A DNA stretch of 64,000 nt from Candidatus Fermentibacteraceae bacterium. Lineage in GTDB: Bacteria > Fermentibacterota > Fermentibacteria > Fermentibacterales > JCC-6. The DNA lies in the NCBI GenBank assembly GCA_041750285.1, contig JBGSZS010000018.1, positions 224,001 to 288,000 of the forward strand. Direction: 5' to 3'. Position numbers and translations under genes: made by a program. The notes under the pieces were generated by a model. It was not told where the DNA came from and did not search any database. It saw nothing but the letters and a program-made list of their open reading frames with translations. This document shows positions 30,365-40,720 of this stretch, piece by piece. Numbering within the stretch: position 1 is the stretch's first letter; the number at the start of each line of letters is the position of its first letter.

Positions 30365-31927
30365 ATGAAGATCACAGCACTGTTTTTCGTCCTCGTTCTT
30401 GCCCTTGCGGCATGCGGGAATCCCAGGGGTACGGACTGGGTTTTCAGGACCGCGAACGACACCGTGACCGTCCGTGAAGCCGGTGAGCTCTGGTCGGGAC
30501 TCGGGCGTGAAGAAAGGGCGGCATTCACCAGCGGGGAGGACCCGGCCCGGGATTTCGTCCTGGCCCTTGCCCGCAGGTCGATGCTCAACCATGAGCTTGC
30601 GGAATCCGGGCTTCTCTCCGCTCCGAAAGTGCTGAGGTACGAATTGGCGTGGCAGCGCTCCACACGGTTCATGGCCCTTGCAGACTCCCTTCCCGCCAGG
30701 ATCCTGCGGGGCCTGGGGGAAGACGACATAGCCTTCTTCAGGGAGCACATGGGCACTACGGTCTGGTTCACGGACATGTCCACAGGAACACCGAGCGGCC
30801 CGCATCACCTTCCCGAGCTTCCCCGTGAACTTACGATCGCTCTCTCAACCGCGGCCCGGGGCGAGTCGGTCACGGCGGGGGGCGTCGTCTTCAGGCTGGA
30901 TTCCCTCGAGGGAACAGACAGCACCCTCCTTTCGGAAGCATTGGCAGATACCGCCAACATAAGGAGGCTTGCGCTCGCCAGGCTGTCTTCCGCCGAGGCG
31001 CAGCGCACCATATCCTTGGCCGAGCAGCAGGCCCTTTCGGAGACCACTGTCGACACGTCCCTGGTGCTCGCCTTTGCAGCGGCGGGGGGCGACATCGGGT
31101 CAGGCGCATTCGACCCCGGCCTTGTGATCCTTGACTCTCCAATCCTCAGCCTGACCGCGAATGACCTCTACTGGGAGATATCGTTCACCTCTCTCAGCAC
31201 CCCCGTTTCCCCGGGCTCAACGAGCTGGCTTTTCCACTATCTGGGCAACCTGGTCAGGCTCTCGGCCGGTGCCGGGCTGTTTGCCGGCGAGTGGCCGGCG
31301 GAGAGCGAAGGAATCGCCCTTGCAGCGCATGATCTCGGGAGGCAGACGGCCCTCGAGGCCCTTTACGATGAGCAGGTCCGTTCCAGTGTTGTGGTAACCG
31401 ATTCCATGCTGGAAGCCGAGTTCCAGGGGCTTGCGGAACCACTGCTCCACCCCGAGCAAAGGGTTCTCGAGATCGGCCGCGTGAGGGCGGAAAACCTGCC
31501 CGGTCTGCGGCTGGCGCTTCAGAACGGGGATCATGCAGCGGTGAGGAGCCTGCTGGAACCCTATTCGACGTGGCCCGGCTTCGACACCGGCTCACTTGTA
31601 TCCGTCCCCGTCACAGCCGCACAGGTTCCGGAAGCCATGGGGGGGACAGTCTTCTCGGCCGACCCGTCAGACTCAGTCACCTGGTACGGTCCAATGGAGA
31701 CCTCACACGGCTCCCTCATGGTCTACCGCACCGCTCGAACGCTTCCCCGCAGGCCAGCCACTTTCGGCGAGGCCAGGGAATGGCTCGGGATGAGTGTCAG
31801 ATCACGGCTCGAGGAAGACCGGACCAGACAATGGATGGCTGAGCTGGAAACGGAGAACGGGCTCGAGCTGAATGAAGAACTGCTTCCCGGTCTGCCAGCG
31901 GACCCGGCCCTTTGGACGGAGCTTTGA
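30365..31927 (+). CDS. Lipoprotein with degenerate PrsA/SurA-like parvulin foldase domain
   Basis: LAAC lipobox; VTDSMLEAEF, GPMETSHG, PATFGEAR, W.AELE...E.NEELL pattern. Confidence 0.65.
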   Translation: MKITALFFVLVLALAACGNPRGTDWVFRTANDTVTVREAGELWSGLGREERAAFTSGEDPARDFVLALARRSMLNHELAESGLLSAPKVLRYELAWQRSTRFMALADSLPARILRGLGEDDIAFFREHMGTTVWFTDMSTGTPSGPHHLPELPRELTIALSTAARGESVTAGGVVFRLDSLEGTDSTLLSEALADTANIRRLALARLSSAEAQRTISLAEQQALSETTVDTSLVLAFAAAGGDIGSGAFDPGLVILDSPILSLTANDLYWEISFTSLSTPVSPGSTSWLFHYLGNLVRLSAGAGLFAGEWPAESEGIALAAHDLGRQTALEALYDEQVRSSVVVTDSMLEAEFQGLAEPLLHPEQRVLEIGRVRAENLPGLRLALQNGDHAAVRSLLEPYSTWPGFDTGSLVSVPVTAAQVPEAMGGTVFSADPSDSVTWYGPMETSHGSLMVYRTARTLPRRPATFGEAREWLGMSVRSRLEEDRTRQWMAELETENGLELNEELLPGLPADPALWTEL

Positions 31928-33693
31928 TCCCATCGGGGTTTGCGGCGTTCTTCCTTCCCTTCGTGCTGGCCCTTTTCATTGTGTTTCCGGGGCTGTACGA
32001 CACGACCATGACCAGCAGGCTCGCGTTCTTCCCTCTTCTGGGAGCGCTCACTTTGCTTGCAGGCAGGGGCGGCATCGGTATCAGACACCTGATCGCCGGC
32101 GTCGCCCTGGCCCTGACGGCGTGCCTGGGGCTTCTCATTGCTCCCGAACCCATTACAGGCGTGCCTTACGCAGTCCGCTGGGTATCGTTCGGGCTCATGT
32201 TTGCCGGGTTCAGCGGAACTACCGCCAAATGGGGACCCGGCAAACACCTCGACGGCCTTGTGGCCGCGGCGGCACTGGTTTCGGTCCTGATGACCATTCT
32301 CGGCCCCGATGCCGTCAGCGGCAACCCGAACCGCACCGGAATGCTGCTGTCCCTGGGAGCCGTGGCTGCCCTTTCCGACGGGAACCGCACAAGGGCACTT
32401 GTCAAGTGTGCGGTTATCATTCCAGGGCTACTAGTCTCCGCGTTCTACATCTCCTGGCTTGCCTTCCTGCTGGGGGCCGCAGTCCTGTTCATCCACAGGC
32501 GGTTCCCGGTGAACCCGGGCTGGCTTCTGCTCCTGATGATCCTGGGCCAGGTTCTTTTTACTTCCCTGCCTGTGGCTGCGCGACGGATCGGCCCCACGGT
32601 CGAACTCAGAACCCTCGTGTGGCGCACTTCGGCAACACTTGGCCTGAACTCCTTTCCCGCGGGAACCGGAACCGGGCAGGCCAGGCTCTCCGTCTACAGT
32701 GACGGGGGACCCGTCCTGCAGGAACTTGCGGGGACGGACAGACGGGTTGACTTCCTTCACTCCGAACCACTCACCCTCTTCACCGAATTCGGCGCCGTGG
32801 GGCTCAGCATGCTTGTGCTCATGTTGCTTTGGGTGTTCCGGTCACGTTGGGACCCTCTTCAGGCGGCTCTCCTTTCCGCGTTCTGGCTTGTCTTCTCGAC
32901 CGACCTTCCCCTGGCGACACCCCTTGGAGCCCTTCCCGCTGCACTCGTCATCGGGGGCTGCCTCAAGCCCGGTCGAACCGTGCGGGTACCCATCCTCGTT
33001 CCCGCAGCTTTTGCCCTGGTTTCCATACCGTGGGCGTACACACTGATCAGGGGCTACGGGGCGATGAACCGCCCGGAAAACCCAGAAAGCGCTTCGGAGG
33101 CGTGCAGGTACATTCCCTTCGAGGAGAGGGCCTTCCTGAATGCCGGATGGGCATGGCTGCGCTCGGGTTCGGCACTGCAGGCCAGGGAATACTCTCAGAG
33201 GTTCATTGAACTCTACCCGCATTACCATGGCGGTTGGGAGCTCCAGGCCGGAGTGCTTGGTCGGCTGGACAGGCCTCAGGAGTCCGCTTCAGCCTGGAGA
33301 CGGGCTTTCGTCCTGGCTCCGGAGAGATTGAATGACAGGCTCCTGTTCGCCCTCAACGGTATCCCGTATTCGGAGAACTCCGGTGACACGCTTGTCCTTC
33401 TGGGCAACCGCCTGGCCTGCGAGATCCCATGGCATACCGCCTTCCCCGCGATACCGGATGAGGGGCATGCCGACATAGCCCTGAGATATCTCGAGCTGGC
33501 CGGGAATCTGAGATCCGTTGAACCCGGGCTCTCGGGTGCGCTCTTCGCCAGGGCGGTTATCCTTATGGGGTACTACCCGGGACACGCATGGAGCCGGTTC
33601 CGAGAGGAAGCTTCGCGGTGCTACCCGCTCTTCAGGGAACTCGTGCCCGTGGATCAGCGGGAGAAGGTCGAAGACCTCACCGCAACACTGTGA
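31924..33693 (+). CDS. O-antigen ligase (Wzy_C)-like membrane protein with C-terminal TPR-like region
   Basis: About 10-12 TM segments; GNPN, R..VW, P.GTGTG, HSEPL.LF.E.G..G. Confidence 0.7.
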   Translation: MIPSGFAAFFLPFVLALFIVFPGLYDTTMTSRLAFFPLLGALTLLAGRGGIGIRHLIAGVALALTACLGLLIAPEPITGVPYAVRWVSFGLMFAGFSGTTAKWGPGKHLDGLVAAAALVSVLMTILGPDAVSGNPNRTGMLLSLGAVAALSDGNRTRALVKCAVIIPGLLVSAFYISWLAFLLGAAVLFIHRRFPVNPGWLLLLMILGQVLFTSLPVAARRIGPTVELRTLVWRTSATLGLNSFPAGTGTGQARLSVYSDGGPVLQELAGTDRRVDFLHSEPLTLFTEFGAVGLSMLVLMLLWVFRSRWDPLQAALLSAFWLVFSTDLPLATPLGALPAALVIGGCLKPGRTVRVPILVPAAFALVSIPWAYTLIRGYGAMNRPENPESASEACRYIPFEERAFLNAGWAWLRSGSALQAREYSQRFIELYPHYHGGWELQAGVLGRLDRPQESASAWRRAFVLAPERLNDRLLFALNGIPYSENSGDTLVLLGNRLACEIPWHTAFPAIPDEGHADIALRYLELAGNLRSVEPGLSGALFARAVILMGYYPGHAWSRFREEASRCYPLFRELVPVDQREKVEDLTATL

Positions 33694-35143
33694 ACCTTCC
33701 AGTGACCGCATCTCCGCCGCTTTCCGCCCGCACCAGGTAGACACCGGGGGTCAACCCCCGAAGCGTCAGGGTGGAGAGGCCATGGGCAACGCGCCTTCCC
33801 GAGATGTCGAATACCGATATGAGACCCGTTCCCGTGATGCTGACGCTCCCCGGGCCGAAAACGGGATTGGGGCCGATGGATAGTGCCGGCACGGGTGCCG
33901 GGGTTCCCTCGACGCCAAGGAAGTGCATCGCCGGAACCAACGTGGGGTCACCGAGGATCGTCATGCCAAGGTGCCAGTACATCTCGGTCTGGGAGAATCC
34001 CCCCTCCTGAATGTACTCCCACCACTTGAACATCGCTGTTCCGAACGTGTCACCCTGCCCCAGCGGGCCGTAGAACTGGTTGAACTGGAGCATCGCGCCG
34101 CTCTTCGTGCTGCCGACGGCAGCCAGCCCGGTCTGGGTGCCGAAAACGTAAACGCAGCCCATGCACCAGTTGCTGGTGAACCGGGCGTTCGAGCATGCGA
34201 AGAGATTGTAGAACCTGCTGGGGGGCTGATCGGTCCAGATGTGCCCGCTGGTGGTGGAGGGGCCCGGGCTCCACTGATGGACCGTGGGGCCGGAGTGGAC
34301 AAAGGGGCTGATCCAGGTGTAACCCGCGGGAAGCCTGTTCTGCCTGTAGTCGGTACCGTTGGTGGAATCCACCTGGCTCACCAGCTCAACATCGGAGTAC
34401 AGCAGTTTCATCGAGTTTTTGTAGCCCACGCCCCAGCCGCTCCAGTCATCGTCTACGTAACACAGGGCGTGGGGTTCCGGGTCGCCCTCGAGACGCCACT
34501 GGTGAAGCCTTGTCAGGTAGTCGTTCATGAGCTGGTACTGGTTGCCGTAGAGGATCACATGGGTGAGTATCCTTCCAACGTATATCTCGGGGAACAGGTC
34601 ACCGGTCCAGCCGTCGTACACCCCGTCAGGTCCGGGAGTCCCGCCCGCCGGGTAGCCAGTCCAGTCGTCGGACCATTCGCCGTCTAGATCCCAGTAGAAG
34701 TAGTCCGTAGGAAAGGTCTCGTCCGAGCGCTCGTCCGCGTAGTCTTCGAGGGCTGCCCATGCCGACGGCACGTCCCCCACCAGGACGACTCCCTCGAGGC
34801 CCTCGGAGTGCAGGCCCGAAAGCCATGCGCGGATCTCTTCAGGGGTGCTCCAGGTGAGTTCCACCGCGGAAACCGTGATGCCTTGAGCCTGGATGTCCGC
34901 CATCCACTGGTCCAGAAGCCCCGGGGCAAGACTGTCTGCGACGCTTTCAGTGAGGACCACGAGGAACTGCGATCCCCTTGCTTCGCCGGAAACGGGTGTC
35001 ACCTGAAGCGGGACAAACGGCGGTCTTGCCGAAAGGTATTCTTCCCGGGTGTCCGGAACGTAGCCGGGATCAAGGTTGCGGGTGATGGGAGTGTAGTCGT
35101 ACACCCCCGATGAAAGAAGAACCATCGCAAGAATGAATGTCAT
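33677..35143 (-). CDS. Peptidase C25 (gingipain-like) with T9SS-like C-terminal domain
   Basis: LVGDVP, TDYFY.DLDG, PEIYVGRI, His (VHSG) and Cys (ACSNA) dyad, ILGDP; CTD PNP...FDISGRRV...PGVYLVR. Confidence 0.78.
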   Translation of the reverse strand: MTFILAMVLLSSGVYDYTPITRNLDPGYVPDTREEYLSARPPFVPLQVTPVSGEARGSQFLVVLTESVADSLAPGLLDQWMADIQAQGITVSAVELTWSTPEEIRAWLSGLHSEGLEGVVLVGDVPSAWAALEDYADERSDETFPTDYFYWDLDGEWSDDWTGYPAGGTPGPDGVYDGWTGDLFPEIYVGRILTHVILYGNQYQLMNDYLTRLHQWRLEGDPEPHALCYVDDDWSGWGVGYKNSMKLLYSDVELVSQVDSTNGTDYRQNRLPAGYTWISPFVHSGPTVHQWSPGPSTTSGHIWTDQPPSRFYNLFACSNARFTSNWCMGCVYVFGTQTGLAAVGSTKSGAMLQFNQFYGPLGQGDTFGTAMFKWWEYIQEGGFSQTEMYWHLGMTILGDPTLVPAMHFLGVEGTPAPVPALSIGPNPVFGPGSVSITGTGLISVFDISGRRVAHGLSTLTLRGLTPGVYLVRAESGGDAVTGRFTVLR

Positions 35144-35173
35144 TTCCAGTCCTTTCCCGAAACCCTGCCCGTT

Positions 35174-35800
35174 CTAGTAGAAGTACGTTGCTATTCCCAG
35201 AAACCTTATTCCAAGGATCATCACGGGATACAACAACCGGGATATGACACCCAGGAAGAGCAGCCCGAACACTATCATCATGCCGTAGCGCTCGAGGCGC
35301 ATGTAGTTCCAGTAGAGCCTCCCGCCCAGGAAGTTCGCCACGATCCTGCTGCCGTCGAGAGGAGGGATGGGTATCAGGTTGAAGGCCATGAGAATGACGT
35401 TCATCAGAGCGGTTGTGGCAAGCGCACTTGCAAGGAATGCCGGCATTATCGAACCGCCGAACCTGAGAAGAAGGCTCATCGCAATGGCAAGGGCAAGGTT
35501 GGTGGCCGGACCCGCAAGGGCCACGAGCATCATTCCCTGTTTCCTGTTGCGAAAGTAGGCTGGATTGACCGGAACGGGCTTCGCCCAGGCAAAAAGGAAC
35601 CTGCTGCCCATCAAAAGAAGAAAGAGCGGAAGAAGAATGGTTCCGAAGATGTCGATGTGAACCAGGGGATTGAATGAGAGCCTTCCCATACGCCATGCCG
35701 TCGGGTCGCCCAGTTTCCAGGCCACGAGTCCGTGGGATATCTCGTGGCAGACCACGCTGAAGAATATGAGGACCAGGACCAGTGGTGTTTCGAGAAGCAC
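35174..35800 (-). CDS. Site-2 protease family (M50) metalloprotease
   Basis: HEISHG, GDPTA, AGP..N, FNLIPIPPLDG. GTG start overlaps the upstream stop. Confidence 0.9.
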   Translation of the reverse strand: MLLETPLVLVLIFFSVVCHEISHGLVAWKLGDPTAWRMGRLSFNPLVHIDIFGTILLPLFLLLMGSRFLFAWAKPVPVNPAYFRNRKQGMMLVALAGPATNLALAIAMSLLLRFGGSIMPAFLASALATTALMNVILMAFNLIPIPPLDGSRIVANFLGGRLYWNYMRLERYGMMIVFGLLFLGVISRLLYPVMILGIRFLGIATYFY

Positions 35801-36489
35801 TAGCGCCTCCTGCCCGCCATGAGCAGCCACACGAGCTGACCAAGTGCTGCCAGGGCGCTTGCCACGTAGGTGAGCGACGCGGCCCGAAGCACGCTGCGGA
35901 CGCCTCCGACCTCGGTCGGGGAGAAACCGTGCGTCTTCTCGAGCCATGACACGGCCCTTGCGCTGGCATTGAACTCCACGGGCAGCGTAAAGAGATGGAA
36001 GAGCAGCGCGACGGCATAGATCGCGGCGCCGATGTATATGAGGTTGGTCATCCTGAAGACGAACCCGCCGATAAGCAGGGGGAAGAGAAGCTGTGAACCC
36101 AGGTTGGCAACCGGAACGAGAGCGTTCCTGACCTTGAGGGGGGAGTAGCCCATGGCGTGCTGCACCGCATGCCCGGCCTCGTGGGCCGCTATCCCTATGG
36201 CCGCGACCGAGCTTCCGCCGTAGACGTCACGCGACAGCTTGAGAGTGGTGGACCGGGGATCGTAGTGATCACTCAGCGTGCCGCCGGTGACCTCAACCCC
36301 GACCTGGGCGAGGCCGTAGCCGTCGAGGATCGCCCTGGCCATCTGGGCGCCCGACATGCCACGGCTGTTGGGTACGCTGCTCCACCTGCGGTATGCGGCC
36401 TTCACGGCACCCGATGCGATCATCCCGAGCACCATTGCCACGATTATCACAACCAGTCCGGGGTTCATGTCCATCATGTAGAAAAGCAT
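35800..36489 (-). CDS. Membrane zinc metallopeptidase (YugP-like)
   Basis: LSDHYDP, AAHEAGHAVQH, TLPVEFNAS.RA, LTYVA. Confidence 0.9.
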   Translation of the reverse strand: MLFYMMDMNPGLVVIIVAMVLGMIASGAVKAAYRRWSSVPNSRGMSGAQMARAILDGYGLAQVGVEVTGGTLSDHYDPRSTTLKLSRDVYGGSSVAAIGIAAHEAGHAVQHAMGYSPLKVRNALVPVANLGSQLLFPLLIGGFVFRMTNLIYIGAAIYAVALLFHLFTLPVEFNASARAVSWLEKTHGFSPTEVGGVRSVLRAASLTYVASALAALGQLVWLLMAGRRR

Positions 36490-36613
36490 TTCACACCTCT
36501 GTTCCTTCCTCCTGCAGGAAGCATATAAAGCAATTCCCTTTCCTTTGGCAAGTGCATGAAGGATAGGGCCTTATCCTGCAACAACATCCGGTCTGGGCCT
36601 TTTCGGCGCGCCA

Positions 36614-37765
36614 TCACGCCCCGGCTTCCCGGTAGATCGAAAATATCCTCCCGAAGCACGCATCCCAAGTGAACCTCTCCGCGAAGCGCCTGAATTCCGC
36701 CCTTTTTTCGGGAGGTTCGGCAAGGGCTGTGAAAGCGGCATCCCGCAACGCGCGGGGATCGTTCCACGGACCGTACACCGAACTGCCTCCGGCGCCCCTC
36801 ACCAGTTCGGCCGCCGCCGCTTCGCGGCACGCAGCCACCGGGGTTCCGCAGCACAGGGCCTCCAGGGTGACGAGGGAGAACGTGTCGCAGGGGCCCATGG
36901 AAAGGAATGCGTCGGCGCTTGCCATGAGGGCGGCACCCCTGCCGGCCTGAGAGGCATGGGGGAGAAGCTTCAGGCGTCCCCCGAAACGGGCCTCGGCCCT
37001 CTTGACCCTGCCCCTCCAGTGACCCCTGCCGGCGACTGCTACGACCGTTCCGGGCATTTCGAAGAGCAGGGGACAGGTTTCCAGAAGGACGTGTATCCCC
37101 TTCTCCGGAGCAAGACGGCCCATGTAAAGGATAAGCGTGCCGCCCGGGGGGACCCCCAGTTCTGCCCTGAGGCTCTCGCTGCGCGCTTTCGGGGTGAAAA
37201 TGTTGGGGTGGGCTCCGAGAGGGGCTTTCCTGACGTTTTCAACCCCGGCCTCGCGAAGAACGGACAGTGAGGTTTCGCTTGCACCCATGACAATGTCGAG
37301 GTCACGGTATGCCCGGCCCATCCAGGGAACGGCAAACCTTCTGAAAAGCCCGGGCAAGGGACCCCGTGTGATGTCAAAAACGCTCAGAGGAAGGGCGACC
37401 GGCCAGTTCGAGTGATAGAAGCCCAGGGAGGGGATGTCCCGAATGCCGTTCCTCACCATGCCGGGAACCACGATCCCGCTCCCCAGTTCGACGACATCGG
37501 GTTTGAATGCGGCCATTATCTCACGGATGGCCTTTCCCCTGACGAAGAAGTTGTAACCCGAGTTCGCAAGCGGCGGAGACTTGACGCCGTACAGGGTTCC
37601 CCCTTCGACGGGTGTCGAGCTGTCGGTGCCGGAGGGATGGATGAGTGCGCATTCGACACCGTTCCTGCTGCACCAGAGGAACTTCTCATGATGGTAGACC
37701 CTTATGCCACCCCCGGTTGGGCTGTAGAAATTGTTTATGTCCAGCACCCTGAGGGGCTTTGGCAT
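36614..37765 (-). CDS. Glycosyltransferase family 4
   Basis: YSPTGGGIR, GRLAPEKG, DTFSLVTLEA. Confidence 0.85.
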   Translation of the reverse strand: MPKPLRVLDINNFYSPTGGGIRVYHHEKFLWCSRNGVECALIHPSGTDSSTPVEGGTLYGVKSPPLANSGYNFFVRGKAIREIMAAFKPDVVELGSGIVVPGMVRNGIRDIPSLGFYHSNWPVALPLSVFDITRGPLPGLFRRFAVPWMGRAYRDLDIVMGASETSLSVLREAGVENVRKAPLGAHPNIFTPKARSESLRAELGVPPGGTLILYMGRLAPEKGIHVLLETCPLLFEMPGTVVAVAGRGHWRGRVKRAEARFGGRLKLLPHASQAGRGAALMASADAFLSMGPCDTFSLVTLEALCCGTPVAACREAAAAELVRGAGGSSVYGPWNDPRALRDAAFTALAEPPEKRAEFRRFAERFTWDACFGRIFSIYREAGA

Positions 37766-37768
37766 GGT

Positions 37769-39763
37769 TCAGCGTATCCTGTCGCCCGGGGCGGCGCCCT
37801 GGGACGGCCTCACCACTCTGACCCCGCCCGGCCCGTCGCTGGCGAGAAGCATGCCCCGGCTCTCGATGCCTCTGAGAAGTGCGGGTTTCAGGTTGGCCAC
37901 CACTACAACCAGGGTATTGAGAAGCTCTTCGGGTTCGTAGTGAAGCCTGATTCCCGCCACGATCTGCCTTGGTTCACCCTCCCCCAGGTCGACCATGAGC
38001 CTGTAGAGCTTGTCGGCGCCCTTCACAGGGCTGACTTCCAGCACCTCGCCGACCCTGAGCTCGATCTTCATGAAGTCGTCGAAGTCTACCAGCGGCCCGG
38101 GTTCGGGTGAGGGTTCGGGCTGCCTGTCGGGGGCAGGCTCCATGACCTTTTGAAAGCCCTCCTCAAGCTTGCTGAAGAGGATCTCGGGTGTTCCCAGGGG
38201 TGAACCGGGTCTGAGAAGGACCCTTCCGGCATCCCCCCAGTTCGATCGTGCAATGCCCAGCATTGCGCCGATCTTCTCCGCCGTCGAGGGAAGGAAGGGC
38301 GAAAAAATGGTCCGGAGGGAGGCGCAGAGGTTCAGGCAGGCCGCTATGTCGCGGCGGCAGTTTTCCGGGTCGGTCTTCAGGGTCTTCCAGGGCTGCCTGG
38401 CGTCGAAGAAGCGGTTCCCCTCGCGGGCGACCTCCATGGCTGCCGATGCGGCAAGCTTGAACCTGAACTTCTCAATGAGTTCGCCAACCTGGGCCGCGCC
38501 ACGCACGGCGATATCCATGAGTTCCGGGATGGGTTCGCCTTCGGGAACTTGGCCGCCGAGCTTGGAACTGGCGAACCTGACCGTGCGGTTCACGAAATTG
38601 CCCAGAACGTCTGCAAGCTCGTTGTTCCTGGAGCGGAATTCGTCCCACGTGAAGTCCGTGTCACGGGTCTCGGGGGCGTTCACTGCCAGGGCGTACCTCA
38701 TGGGGTCGGCGGGAAAGTGGTTGAGGTAATCACGCATCCAGATCGCCGTGCCCCGGCTGGTGCTGAACTTCTGTCCCTGTATGTTCAGAAACTCGTTGGC
38801 GGGGACGTTCCAGGGGAGTATGAAGCCTCCCGTTCCGTGAAGGATGGCCGGTTCGATGATGCAGTGGAAGACGATGTTGTCCTTGCCTATGAAGTGAACG
38901 AGACGGGTTTCGGGGTCCTTCCAGTAGGGCTCCCATCCATCGGGCTCCCCCTTCAGCCTGAAGTACTCGCGGGTGCTGCTGACATATCCAAGAAGGGCCT
39001 CGAACCAGACGTAGAGGACCTTTCCGGCGGCCTCGGGAAGGGGCACGGGAACCCCCCAGTCAAGGTCGCGGGTGATGGCCCGTTCCCGCAGGCCGTCCTT
39101 CAGCCAGCCACGGCAGTAGTTGAGGACGTTGTCCTTCCAGTCCTGTCTGGATTCGAGCCAGCCCGTGATCCACTCCTGGAACCGCTCGAGAAGGAGGAAC
39201 CAGTGTCTGGTCTCCCTGACCTCGGGGGTCGCCCCGCAAATGCTGCACTTCGGTTCGATGAGTTCAAGGGGCTCGGTCCAGGTGCCGCATGATTCGCACT
39301 GGTCGCCCCTTGCGCCAGTACAGCCGCACTTGGGGCATGTTCCGCCTATGTAGCGGTCCGGAAGGAACCTCGCGCAGCTCGGGCAGTAGAGCTGGCTTAT
39401 CGTTCTTGGTTCGATGTGCCCCAGGGAGAGCAGTTCGAGGAACACTGACTGCGCGAATTCCCTGTGTTCATCGGTGGTGGTGCGTGAGAAATTGGAGAAA
39501 GAGATCCCGAAATCGCTGAAATCCTGGCGGATCACCCCGTGGAACCTGTCAACCGTCTGGCGGGGTGTGAGTCCCAGTTTCTCCGCCGTTATCGTTATGG
39601 GAACGCCGTGCTCATCGGTACCACAGGCGTAAACCACGTCGTGCCCGTTCATTCGAAGGTACCTTACGAAGATGTCTGCGGGAAGGTACGCGCCGGCCAG
39701 ATGCCCGAGGTGCAGGGGGCCGTTGGCGTACGGAAGGGCGCTTGTCACCATGTACCGGGCCAT
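37769..39763 (-). CDS. metG: Methionyl-tRNA synthetase with C-terminal tRNA-binding domain
   Basis: ALPYANGPLHLGH, Zn knuckles, GKDNIVFH, KFSTS. Confidence 0.97.
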   Translation of the reverse strand: MARYMVTSALPYANGPLHLGHLAGAYLPADIFVRYLRMNGHDVVYACGTDEHGVPITITAEKLGLTPRQTVDRFHGVIRQDFSDFGISFSNFSRTTTDEHREFAQSVFLELLSLGHIEPRTISQLYCPSCARFLPDRYIGGTCPKCGCTGARGDQCESCGTWTEPLELIEPKCSICGATPEVRETRHWFLLLERFQEWITGWLESRQDWKDNVLNYCRGWLKDGLRERAITRDLDWGVPVPLPEAAGKVLYVWFEALLGYVSSTREYFRLKGEPDGWEPYWKDPETRLVHFIGKDNIVFHCIIEPAILHGTGGFILPWNVPANEFLNIQGQKFSTSRGTAIWMRDYLNHFPADPMRYALAVNAPETRDTDFTWDEFRSRNNELADVLGNFVNRTVRFASSKLGGQVPEGEPIPELMDIAVRGAAQVGELIEKFRFKLAASAAMEVAREGNRFFDARQPWKTLKTDPENCRRDIAACLNLCASLRTIFSPFLPSTAEKIGAMLGIARSNWGDAGRVLLRPGSPLGTPEILFSKLEEGFQKVMEPAPDRQPEPSPEPGPLVDFDDFMKIELRVGEVLEVSPVKGADKLYRLMVDLGEGEPRQIVAGIRLHYEPEELLNTLVVVVANLKPALLRGIESRGMLLASDGPGGVRVVRPSQGAAPGDRIR

Positions 39764-40720
39764 TTACGGGGTCCTTTCCTTCTCGGCGCCGGCGGGTTTG
39801 CGCCTTCTTCTCCGGCGTTTCCGGACCGCCTCGGGGGCAGCCGCTTCCTTCTCGGCCGGTGGTGGTGCTGAAGCCGGTTTCGGAGGGGGAGCGGGCTGCT
39901 CCATCTTCTTTCTGTTCTGGAACTCCTCAAGGGTCATGGTTTCCGGTTCCTGAGAGCCTTCGCCCCTGACCGTTACGGTTTCATGGAAGATGTCCGAGCC
40001 GACTACCTCGAAGGGAGAACCCATGAGCAGAACCCTCTGGCCCGGAGCGGGATACAGCCTGCACGCCTGCTGGTAGAAATCGGACTCGTAGGCAAGGCAG
40101 CACATCAGCCTTCCGCATGTTCCGGAAACCTTTGAGGGATTGAGCGAAAGGTTCTGGGTGCGAACCATCTTCAGCGTGACGGACTGAAAGTCGTCAAGGA
40201 ACTCGGCGCAGCACAGGGCCCTTCCGCAAATACCCAGGCCGCCCTTGTGCCTGGCATCGTCGCGGATGCCTATCTGTCTCATCTCGATCCTGGCCCTGTA
40301 GCATGCCGCCAGGTCCCTCACGAGCCCCCTGAAATCGGTGCGCTGGTCAGCCGTGAAGAAAACCCTGATCCGGTTCCGGTCGAGCTGTACCTCGCAGTCC
40401 GACAGTTTCATGTCGAGTTTTCTGGCTTCTATCCGCTCACGGCAGTAGTCGAGGACCGACTGCTCGAAATCACCGTTTGACCGTTGCTGCAGTACATCCT
40501 CTTCGGTGGCCTCCCTGACGAACTCACCCGAGCACTGCTCGAGCAGTTCATCCGTCACCGGAAGCTTGGCCACGACCTTTCCGAGGTCGAAACCCCTGTC
40601 CACTCCGACCACGACCGAACTGCCGTTGCTTACGGGAAGGGGGCCCCCGTTCCTGTAGTACCCCTTCCTGCCGGCCTTGAAGACAACCTGGAGTATCTCC
40701 AGTGTGAACTGCTCCGTCAT
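39764..40720 (-). CDS. PSP1/RicT (YaaT) family protein
   Basis: DFRGLVRDLA, RIEMRQIG.RD, CGRALCC, KVSGTCGRLMCCL. Confidence 0.9.
   Translation of the reverse strand: MTEQFTLEILQVVFKAGRKGYYRNGGPLPVSNGSSVVVGVDRGFDLGKVVAKLPVTDELLEQCSGEFVREATEEDVLQQRSNGDFEQSVLDYCRERIEARKLDMKLSDCEVQLDRNRIRVFFTADQRTDFRGLVRDLAACYRARIEMRQIGIRDDARHKGGLGICGRALCCAEFLDDFQSVTLKMVRTQNLSLNPSKVSGTCGRLMCCLAYESDFYQQACRLYPAPGQRVLLMGSPFEVVGSDIFHETVTVRGEGSQEPETMTLEEFQNRKKMEQPAPPPKPASAPPPAEKEAAAPEAVRKRRRRRRKPAGAEKERTP

Noticed and set aside
29354..30808. 484-aa minus-strand ORF
   Set aside because: Antisense to two well-supported plus-strand genes.
36529..36544. GG-N10-GC (AGGAAAGGGAATTGCT) as a sigma54 promoter for the yugP-like gene
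   Set aside because: Poor -24 match; TTGCCA-17/18 nt-TTATAT/TATATG as sigma70 explains the region equally well.
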